Made by a program: the position numbers and the translations under genes. Under the pieces are notes generated by a model. The model searched no databases. It was not told the DNA's origin and worked only from the letters and a program-made list of their open reading frames with translations. Shown one piece after another: positions 57,442 through 64,000 of a stretch of DNA of 64,000 nt (position 1 is the first letter of the stretch; the number at the start of each line of letters is the position of its first letter). The DNA is from an uncultured Clostridia bacterium (lineage in GTDB: Bacteria > Bacillota > Clostridia > Christensenellales > UBA1242). Where the stretch lies: the NCBI GenBank assembly GCA_934747965.1, contig CAKVHI010000003.1, forward strand, positions 74,975-138,974, read 5' to 3'.

Positions 57442-58059
57442 ATGATAAACAAAAAAATAAAGCAAAAATTTAAGGAATATAGACAAAGTTTTAAAATAAA
57501 AGAATTAACAAAAAAAGACAATAAAATTTTCTTCGACAATGAAGTTGTTGAAGATGAAAACGGAATATTGAACACTGATAGTGAAAAGTTTATAAACATA
57601 AAATACAGTTCAAAATGCTCTTTAAATAGAGTCCTTTCAAACTTATTCCCTTACAAATTTAAGTTTAAAGGGAAAAAAGTCAATTCTATTGAAAGTGTTT
57701 TGCAAGGGATAAAATATAAAGACAAAAAAACACAAAAATGCGTTTTTAATTATTTTGGGCTTGATGCTTATCACACCCGTGCATCAAACATTTTTGATTT
57801 TTGGGGAAACAATGGCAAACTTTATTTTTGGGGAAAAGAAATAGACAGACAAAGTGAAAATTATCAAAATTTTTTGGATGAGCTTTATTTGTCGTGCCTG
57901 AAAAATCCGCTTTATAAAAGAGCAATTAAATCGACTGGCAACAAATATTTGCTTCATCATATTGGAAGAACAGACCCTCATGAAACAGTTTTAACTCGAT
58001 TTGAATACGAATGTCGACTATACGCTCTTCAAAAACTTATAATGGAAGAAAAAGTGTAA
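57442..58059 (+). CDS. Hypothetical protein, distant NADAR (YbiA/DUF1768)-like candidate
   Basis: AAGAGGA SD before the ATG at 57442. VLSNLFPYKFKFKGKKVNSIESVLQGIKY resembles YbiA FSNFAAWPIKVDGKTWPTSEHYFQAQKF. STGNKYLLHH resembles the ..TG...LVEH.. region. Confidence 0.5.
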   Translation: MINKKIKQKFKEYRQSFKIKELTKKDNKIFFDNEVVEDENGILNTDSEKFINIKYSSKCSLNRVLSNLFPYKFKFKGKKVNSIESVLQGIKYKDKKTQKCVFNYFGLDAYHTRASNIFDFWGNNGKLYFWGKEIDRQSENYQNFLDELYLSCLKNPLYKRAIKSTGNKYLLHHIGRTDPHETVLTRFEYECRLYALQKLIMEEKV

Positions 58060-58138
58060 TAAAATTTTCACTTAAATTCCCTTTTCTAAAGTCATAAATC
58101 ACATAGTTCATATAAATATATATTTGATAAATAGGCAA

Positions 58139-58181
58139 ATGAATAATTATAATAAATTGTTTATAATTATTCATTTTTTTG
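58139..58181 (+). terminator. Intrinsic terminator after the NADAR-like gene
   Basis: Perfect 14-bp stem ATGAATAATTATAA/TTATAATTATTCAT followed by T7. Confidence 0.75.
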
Positions 58182-58184
58182 TAT

Positions 58185-58208
58185 AAAAAAATAGTGCCAT
58201 AGCACTAT
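58185..58208 (-). terminator. Intrinsic terminator overlapping the rpsU stop
   Basis: ATAGTGC-CATA-GCACTAT hairpin followed by T7 on the minus strand. Confidence 0.65.
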
Positions 58209-58381
58209 TTAATATTTCTTTTTCTAGCATTTTCTGCTTTCTTCTTTCTTTTAACACTTGGTTTTTCATAGAATTCTTTTTTTCTTAAATCACCAATGAT
58301 GCCGTCTTTTTGGCATTTTCTTTTAAAGCGTTTGATTGCGCTTTCAACACTTTCGTTTTCGCCAACTTTAACTACTGACAA
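58205..58381 (-). CDS. rpsU: 30S ribosomal protein S21, probable TTG start
   Basis: (M)[26 protein letters not shown]...[21 protein letters not shown] abuts the GTG at 58390 but lies 9 nt before the TTG at 58381. Confidence 0.9.
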   Translation of the reverse strand: MSVVKVGENESVESAIKRFKRKCQKDGIIGDLRKKEFYEKPSVKRKKKAENARKRNIK

Positions 58382-58414
58382 CTTCTTCACCCACCTTTAA
58401 ATTAAACTAACTAT

Positions 58415-58442
58415 ATTATATTCAATTAAAAAATTTTGTCAA
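58415..58442 (-). promoter_or_regulatory. Sigma-A promoter of rpsU
   Basis: Minus strand TTGACA (58442-58437), 16 nt, TATAAT (58420-58415). Confidence 0.55.
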
Positions 58443-58481
58443 CAAAAATTAGAATTTTTTTCAAATGTTATTTATGACAAT

Positions 58482-58509
58482 AAAAAAAGCGAACAATTTT
58501 CGCTTTTTT
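58482..58509 (-). terminator. Intrinsic terminator after rplS
   Basis: GCGAA-CAATT-TTCGC hairpin flanked by A7 and T6. Confidence 0.7.
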
Positions 58510-58513
58510 AAAA

Positions 58514-58864
58514 CTATCTTCTTGTTATATCTTCTTTAACTTTTGCTGCTTTACCAGTTAAATCACGAAGATAATAAAGTTTAGCTCTTCTAACTTTACC
58601 AGTTCTTACAACTTCAATATGATCAATACGTGGAGAGTGGATTGGGAATGTTCTTTCAACACCAACACCATAAGAAATTCTTCTTACTGTAAAAGATTCT
58701 CTGATTGAGCCATTTCTTTTTGCAATAACAACGCCTTCAAATGCTTGTAAACGCTCTTTATCACCTTCAACAACTTTTACATATACTCTAACGGTATCAC
58801 CAATATTAAAGTTTGGAACATCTGATTTAATATTTTCTTTTTCAATAATATCAACTAAATTCAT
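58514..58864 (-). CDS. rplS: 50S ribosomal protein L19
   Basis: 116 aa. [30 protein letters not shown] and RRAKLYYLR motifs. Confidence 0.97.
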   Translation of the reverse strand: MNLVDIIEKENIKSDVPNFNIGDTVRVYVKVVEGDKERLQAFEGVVIAKRNGSIRESFTVRRISYGVGVERTFPIHSPRIDHIEVVRTGKVRRAKLYYLRDLTGKAAKVKEDITRR

Positions 58865-58954
58865 AAGTTTCCTCCCTCAAAAATTTAACTTAGTCATTCA
58901 TACACCGTTTGCAGAGGACTGACCATAATTAACAATTTATAATAACACATTATT

Positions 58955-59791
58955 TTATAAAACGCAAGTGTTTTCAGCAAGTTTTTCTTTTTTTTCTATC
59001 ATTTTTTTAATTCTGTCCAAATTTTTAAGTGCACATTGTCTTCCACTTTCAATTACTTTAGGAATTATTTTTAAATTAATAGATTGTGGTGTTGCACCTT
59101 CTGTGCTGTCGATGCAATAAACATCAACATTATCTCGATTTAATTTAAGATTACTGCAGTTAGAAATATATTGCAAAATCTCTACACTACTCATCAAAGA
59201 AGATATTGCACTTGTTTGAAGTTTATCTTTTTTATACAAATTTATACAATCAAGAGCAATTACAACATCAGCACCTTTGCCTCTTAAAATCTTAAAAGGC
59301 ACATTTTCGCTTGTACCACCATCAACATACGCTGTATCATTTGCTTTTACGGCAGGGAAAACCCCCGGAATTGCAGTTGAAGCCCTTAATGCCTGAATTA
59401 AATCTCCGCTTTCAAAATAGTGAGATTTGCCAGTTTTAAGGTCTGTAGCACCAGCATAAAATGGCACTTTACACTCTTCAAAAGTTTTAACTTTTAAATT
59501 TTTATCCAAAAATTTTTCAATTTTTTTGCCCGAAGCCAAGCCTTCCTTCAAAATTCTAAAATAGTTTAAAGAAAACAAATCATTCTTTTTAAGATTTTTT
59601 GCCATTTCTTCAATTTCTTTTAAACTATAACCACTAGCATAAAAAGCGCCAATAATCGCCCCCATGCTTACACCAGAAATAATGTCAGGTTTAATTCCAT
59701 TCTCTTCCAAAACCTGCATAAAACCAATATGCGCAAAACCGCACACTCCGCCGCCACCTAAGGCTAAGCCAATTTTCAAATTTTTCTTCAT
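58955..59791 (-). CDS. Patatin-like phospholipase
   Basis: 278 aa. GLALGGGGVCGFAHIG oxyanion motif, GVSMGA nucleophile elbow and the DGG catalytic Asp motif. Confidence 0.88.
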   Translation of the reverse strand: MKKNLKIGLALGGGGVCGFAHIGFMQVLEENGIKPDIISGVSMGAIIGAFYASGYSLKEIEEMAKNLKKNDLFSLNYFRILKEGLASGKKIEKFLDKNLKVKTFEECKVPFYAGATDLKTGKSHYFESGDLIQALRASTAIPGVFPAVKANDTAYVDGGTSENVPFKILRGKGADVVIALDCINLYKKDKLQTSAISSLMSSVEILQYISNCSNLKLNRDNVDVYCIDSTEGATPQSINLKIIPKVIESGRQCALKNLDRIKKMIEKKEKLAENTCVL

Positions 59792-59993
59792 GCTTTTATT
59801 ATATTACAAATTTTTACAAATATCAATAGTTTAAAACAAAAATACTAATAAAATTTTATAATTTTCTGACCTTTAAAATATAAATTCAATTAACGAATTT
59901 TTCTTACTCACAACCACAGGTTTAACTGTTGAAACTTTGTTTAAAGCAAAAATAATGACAAAAAAATTTATCAAAAAATTTTAAAATTTGCTA

Positions 59994-60022
59994 TTGACAA
60001 CACACTATTTTAGTAGTATAAT
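59994..60022 (+). promoter_or_regulatory. Perfect consensus sigma-A promoter
   Basis: TTGACA (59994-59999), 17 nt, TATAAT (60017-60022). Confidence 0.65.
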
Positions 60023-60048
60023 CATTACAAATTAAAGGAGAAGCAAAT

Positions 60049-60471
60049 ATGAAAAAAATTAAAATGTTAGATGGTGGAAATCTATTTGTAACAAGAGTTA
60101 GAGTTGTTCTTCATGGCGAAGATCATGAAAAAGGCACTGGCATGGAAACAGGTCATTACAATGTTCTTGGTTTCAGATTATTTTATAAATTAAACGATAA
60201 CGAATATCTTGATATTAAAGATAACAAAGTTTATCCAATCTTAAGTGAAAAATTAAAAGAACACGATTTATTCATCTTTAATCCAAAACCATTCTGGGTT
60301 TATGCTCATAGTTTAAGAATTAAAGAAAGACCTCAAGATGTTAAAGAATATGCTGATTTTGTTGCTGAATACTTTAACGCTCATATGCATGATGAGAAAA
60401 AATGGTATGCTGCAAAAGATTTTGTTCATAAAGTACACCACAAAAATGATGAAGTTATTTTTGTAAAATAA
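60049..60471 (+). CDS. Hypothetical His-rich protein, 140 aa
   Basis: AAAGGAGA SD, consensus promoter and a strong terminator. No motif recognised. Confidence 0.6.
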   Translation: MKKIKMLDGGNLFVTRVRVVLHGEDHEKGTGMETGHYNVLGFRLFYKLNDNEYLDIKDNKVYPILSEKLKEHDLFIFNPKPFWVYAHSLRIKERPQDVKEYADFVAEYFNAHMHDEKKWYAAKDFVHKVHHKNDEVIFVK

Positions 60472-60474
60472 TTT

Positions 60475-60498
60475 AACCACCCTTTTGGGTGGTTTTTT
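60475..60498 (+). terminator. Intrinsic terminator
   Basis: AACCACCC-TTTT-GGGTGGTT hairpin followed by T4. Confidence 0.8.
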
Positions 60499-60626
60499 AT
60501 AAATTCATTCACTTTGTTATAAACTCAATTTCAAACAATCAACTATTTAAAATTTGATTAACTAAAATTTTGGTTACAAATAAAAAACAACGAAGTAAAT
60601 TGTAAATTTAACTCGTTGTTTTTTTG

Positions 60627-61904
60627 CTATATAGTCGCTTTTTTGTTTTGTTCTTCACTGCTTTCTTGCTCAGTCTGCTCAACAAATTCCGGCTCTAATT
60701 TATTTGTTTCTTTATTCAAATTCATTTTTATTGCCTTAATTTTTTTGTTGCTAGGAGATGAAAACATAATATCTAACATATCATCTTCAAGTATCGTTCT
60801 TAGTCCTCTTGCACCCGCCTTAAGTTCTATTGCTTTTTTAGCAACATTTCTAAGCGCTTCTTCAGAAAATTCAAGGTCAATACCATCCATATTAAACATT
60901 TCTTTATATTGTTTTATAATAGCATTTTTTGGTTTTGTCAAAATACTAATTAAAGCCTTTTCATCAAGTGCATCAAGCCCAACAGTTACAGGTATTCTCC
61001 CAATAAATTCGGGTATCATTCCAAATTTCATAAGGTCCTCAGGTTGTATTTTTTTGATGACTTCAGAATTCTTTATATCACTATTTTCAACAAAGCCAAG
61101 ATATTTATTTGTTGTTCGATCTTCAATAATTTTATCTAGTCCTACAAAAGCCCCGCCACAAATAAACAAAATGTTTGAAGTGTCCATAGGAACACCATCA
61201 TTATATCCATTTTTTCTTCCGCCTGGACCCGGAACATTGCAAACACTACCTTCCAAAATCTTTAAAAGTGCTTGTTGCACCCCTTCGCCACTAGGGTCTT
61301 TTAGATTGCTTTTTCTGTCTGTCTTTTTGCTTAATTTGTCTATTTCATCAATATAAACTATACCCATTTCTGCGCGTTTAACATCATAATCAGCATTTTG
61401 AAGTAATTTCTGAAGCAAAGTTTCAACATCATCGCCAATATATCCCGCTTCAGTTAAAGTTGTTGCATCACATTGAGCAAAAGGTACATTCAAAATTTTT
61501 GCAAGCGTTCGTGCTATTAAAGTTTTACCACATCCCGTTGGACCAACAAGCAAAACATTGCTTTTTTCAAGTTCTACCTTATCATTCTTTTTGTTTGCTT
61601 TTATATTGTTGTCTATATTATAATTTATTCTTTTATAATGATTGTAAACTGCAACGCTAATGGCCTTTTTCGCTTCATCTTGACCGATAATAAAATCATC
61701 AAGATGCTTTTTTATTTCCATGGGCTTAATTAATTTTAGTTTTGCTTCTGTGGGCTTTGTTTTTATGTTGCTCTTGACAATTTCATTGCAAATTCCAATG
61801 CAAGAAGCACAAATAAAACTTTGACCGTCTGGACTTGCAATTAGATTGTTGTCTTCACTTTGAACGGCCCCGCAAAAAGAACATTTAAAATCATTTCTTG
61901 GCAT
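60627..61904 (-). CDS. clpX: ATP-dependent Clp protease ATP-binding subunit ClpX
   Basis: N-terminal zinc finger CSFCG...CASC, Walker A GPTGCGKT and IVYIDEIDK. GTGAGG SD before the ATG at 61904. Confidence 0.96.
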   Translation of the reverse strand: MPRNDFKCSFCGAVQSEDNNLIASPDGQSFICASCIGICNEIVKSNIKTKPTEAKLKLIKPMEIKKHLDDFIIGQDEAKKAISVAVYNHYKRINYNIDNNIKANKKNDKVELEKSNVLLVGPTGCGKTLIARTLAKILNVPFAQCDATTLTEAGYIGDDVETLLQKLLQNADYDVKRAEMGIVYIDEIDKLSKKTDRKSNLKDPSGEGVQQALLKILEGSVCNVPGPGGRKNGYNDGVPMDTSNILFICGGAFVGLDKIIEDRTTNKYLGFVENSDIKNSEVIKKIQPEDLMKFGMIPEFIGRIPVTVGLDALDEKALISILTKPKNAIIKQYKEMFNMDGIDLEFSEEALRNVAKKAIELKAGARGLRTILEDDMLDIMFSSPSNKKIKAIKMNLNKETNKLEPEFVEQTEQESSEEQNKKATI

Positions 61905-61916
61905 AAACACCTCACT

Positions 61917-62501
61917 TTATAACTTATTTTTTACTAATATTTCATCAATTAAACCATATTTTAAAGCTTCTTCTGGAGTTAGATAATAATCTCTGTTAGT
62001 ATCTTTCTCTATAATTTCAATAGGTTTTCCAGTATTTTTGCTTAAAATATCATTAATAACATCTTTTATTTTTAAAATTTGTTCGGCTTGAATTTTTATA
62101 TCACTTGCCTGACCTTGAGCACCGCCAAGAGGTTGATGAATCATAATTCTTGAATGAGGAAGAGCATAGCGCTTTCCTTTTTCTCCGCTAGATAACAATA
62201 CTGCCGCCATAGATGCTGCAAGCCCCACACAAATAACATTAACTTTGCTTTTAATGAAATTCATTGTGTCATAAATAGCAAGACCCGCATCAACTTCTCC
62301 GCCCGGAGAATTAATATAAAGGCTTATATCTTTCGTGTTATTCTTTGCTTCTAAAAACAAAAGTTGTGCAATAACCAAATTTGCTAGTTCAGTGTTAATT
62401 TCGCCTGAAATAAATATAATTCGGTCTTCCAAAAGCCTTGAATATATATCATAACTTCTTTCGCCACCACTTGTTTGGTCAACAACCATAGGTACTAACA
62501 T
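61917..62501 (-). CDS. clpP: ATP-dependent Clp protease proteolytic subunit
   Basis: 194 aa. [11 protein letters not shown] (Ser), MIHQP (His) and the [10 protein letters not shown] region. Confidence 0.97.
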   Translation of the reverse strand: MLVPMVVDQTSGGERSYDIYSRLLEDRIIFISGEINTELANLVIAQLLFLEAKNNTKDISLYINSPGGEVDAGLAIYDTMNFIKSKVNVICVGLAASMAAVLLSSGEKGKRYALPHSRIMIHQPLGGAQGQASDIKIQAEQILKIKDVINDILSKNTGKPIEIIEKDTNRDYYLTPEEALKYGLIDEILVKNKL

Positions 62502-62581
62502 TTTTTATTCCTCTCTTTTATTTTATTTTACTTCTTTAACAAACCACGAAAATAAATATTAGTTAAATCTTAAAATTTATA

Positions 62582-63862
62582 CTAATCTATTTTATTGTTT
62601 TGTGTTAAAAAATCAAGTAATTTGTCGGTTATCATTTGTCCGTAAATTCTGTTAAAGAATTCTTCACTTAAACCTTTTTTGAAATCTTCAACTTTAATAT
62701 TTCTTGATTCGCTCATTTCAATCAATTTTTGGTTTAATTCTTCTTCAGAAACTTCGATTTTTTCTCTTTTTATAATTTCTTCCAAAACAAGTTTAGTTTT
62801 AGCAGTTCTGATTGCATCTTCTCTTCTTGAATCTCTAAGTTCTTTCATGCTTGTGTTCATGTGTTTTAGATAATCATCAAGTTTTAATCCTTGATACATA
62901 AGTCTATATTCAAAATCTTGAATGAATTCATCAATTTGTTTTTCAATTAATGTTTCACTTACTTCAACAGTTGCATTATCTGTGATTTTATCAATCAATT
63001 CATTTTCTGCTTTATATTTTGCTTGTTTTTCTTTTTCAGAAAGCAACGCTTTTTCAATATCCTTTTTGTAGTCTTCAAGCGTTTCAAACTCACTGAAATT
63101 TTTTGCAAATTCATCATCAAGTTCTGGAAGTTGTTTTTCTCTAACTTCTTTGATTGTAACAACAAAGTCTGCATCTTTACCTTTCAAACTTTCTTCCATA
63201 TAGTTTTCTGGGAATTTAACTGTTATAGTTTTAGTTTCGCCTTTTTTAAGTCCAATTAATTGTTCTTCAAAATTGTCAATAAAACTGTGTGAGCCGATAA
63301 CCAAATCATAGTCTTTAGCTTCACCACCAGCAAATTTTACACCATTAACGCTTCCACAAAAATCAATCGTTGCAGTGTCGCCGTTTTTAACTTCACGGTC
63401 AACAACAATAAGCCTTGAAGCTTTGTCGCGAGCAAGTTCAAGTTCAGTGTCTATTTCTTCACTAGAAACTTTAACTTCTTCTTTTTTGATTTCCAAATTT
63501 TTGTATTCGCCCAAAACAACTTCAGGTTTAACTTCAACTGTAATTTCATATTTCAAACCATCTTTAAAATCCAAAATATTAACACTTGGACTTGCAACAG
63601 GTTCAACATCTTTTTCTTTTTCCAAAATTTCTGAATAATTATGACCAAATGCGTGATTAATTGCATCATCATAAAAAACATATTCGCCATAATTTTTTTC
63701 AATTATATGTCGAGGGGCTTTACCCTTTCTGAAACCTTGAACAGTAAATTTATCTTTATTGTGTTCAAACGAATGTTCCAAGCAATGTTCCCATTCTTCC
63801 TTTGTTGTTGTTACAACAAATTTAACTTTATTTTTTTCTAATAATTCTTTAGTGTAATTCAT
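62582..63862 (-). CDS. tig: Trigger factor
   Basis: 426 aa. GFRKGKAPRHIIEK ribosome-binding motif and a central FKBP-type domain. Upstream of clpP-clpX. Confidence 0.95.
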   Translation of the reverse strand: MNYTKELLEKNKVKFVVTTTKEEWEHCLEHSFEHNKDKFTVQGFRKGKAPRHIIEKNYGEYVFYDDAINHAFGHNYSEILEKEKDVEPVASPSVNILDFKDGLKYEITVEVKPEVVLGEYKNLEIKKEEVKVSSEEIDTELELARDKASRLIVVDREVKNGDTATIDFCGSVNGVKFAGGEAKDYDLVIGSHSFIDNFEEQLIGLKKGETKTITVKFPENYMEESLKGKDADFVVTIKEVREKQLPELDDEFAKNFSEFETLEDYKKDIEKALLSEKEKQAKYKAENELIDKITDNATVEVSETLIEKQIDEFIQDFEYRLMYQGLKLDDYLKHMNTSMKELRDSRREDAIRTAKTKLVLEEIIKREKIEVSEEELNQKLIEMSESRNIKVEDFKKGLSEEFFNRIYGQMITDKLLDFLTQNNKID

Positions 63863-63887
63863 AATAACTCCTTATATTTAACAACTT

Positions 63888-63916
63888 ATTATAACATAAA
63901 AAATATTTTAAGACAA
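63888..63916 (-). promoter_or_regulatory. Sigma-A promoter of tig
   Basis: Minus strand TTGTCT (63916-63911), 17 nt ending TGt, TATAAT (63893-63888). TAAGGAG SD follows. Confidence 0.5.
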
Positions 63917-63968
63917 TCGCTTTTTTGTTATTTTTTAAATTATTTTAAAACATTTAATATTTTTTAAA

Positions 63969-63998
63969 AAGCAACTTGAAAAATCTTTCAAATTGCTT
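63969..63998. terminator. Hairpin terminator from the gene beyond the right edge
   Basis: AAGCAACTTGAAA-AATC-TTTCAAATTGCTT. Confidence 0.5.
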
Positions 63999-64000
63999 AA

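Noticed and set aside
58865-58950. L19 leader RNA upstream of rplS
   Set aside because: The position is right and GTCA...TGAC ends can pair. However, I could not fold a convincing conserved hairpin by hand, so it is left unreported as a feature pending cmsearch with RF00556.
60616-61356. 246-aa plus-strand ORF (and similar long antisense ORFs at 19813-20295, 15919-16374, 27596-28009, 6067-6498, 7908-8267, 51098-51412)
   Set aside because: Each lies entirely antisense to a confidently identified gene (clpX, sigE, the ABC ATPase, feoB, ruvA, the LRR gene, gatA). The translations are low-complexity and rich in S, F, L and I. They lack SD sequences. Such shadow ORFs are expected in AT-rich DNA.

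Overview
Visibly AT-rich (about 30% G+C by eye) chromosomal core segment of a low-GC, endospore-forming Bacillota. The gene order is Clostridia-like: tig-clpP-clpX, ftsQ-ftsA-ftsZ beside spoIIGA-sigE, and pcrA-ligA-gatCAB. About 70 CDS are present, and nearly all housekeeping genes lie on the minus strand. Recognised blocks, left to right, are listed below.
- secD(partial)-yajC-tgt-queA-ruvBAC
- yebC, a TrmH-family methyltransferase and a CDF transporter
- infC-rpmI-rplT, where infC has an ATT start and an L20-type attenuator leader
- engB
- a NitT/TauT-type ABC transporter split by pgsA
- sigE-spoIIGA, ftsZ-ftsA-ftsQ-murA, feoAB
- yloV-asp23, rpmB, rpe, yraN, rnhB
- rbgA-trmD-rimM-KH-rpsP-ffh-ylxM
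- a membrane class III nucleotidyl cyclase
- rlmN-fmt-def, tRNA-Arg(CCU), priA-rpoZ, gatBAC, ligA, pcrA
- rpsU, rplS, a patatin-like lipase, clpX-clpP-tig

I see no CRISPR array, transposase, integrase, prophage or recognisable defence operon, and no clearly new multi-gene system.

The signals not explained by ordinary annotation are these.
1. A triple-palindrome structured element occurs twice in opposite orientation (12807-12861 and 21382-21465). The differences between the two copies are compensatory.
2. The leader of a chimeric surface-protein gene (SipW-type signal plus DUF285/BspA repeats) contains GC-rich tandem repeats and an apparent SD / anti-SD / anti-anti-SD layout.
3. Near-consensus promoters sit 6-7 nt from ATG starts that lack an SD (ruvC, rnhB, pcrA, spoIIGA and the 44371 gene). 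This suggests frequent leaderless mRNAs.
4. A plus-strand three-gene insertion (membrane/zinc-ribbon protein, signal-less DUF11 protein, small Cys protein) interrupts the conserved priA-def block next to the tRNA.
5. A 65-aa Cys-knuckle, Ser/Arg-rich basic protein is encoded divergently from feoAB.

All functional calls come from motif recognition by eye. No database search was run.
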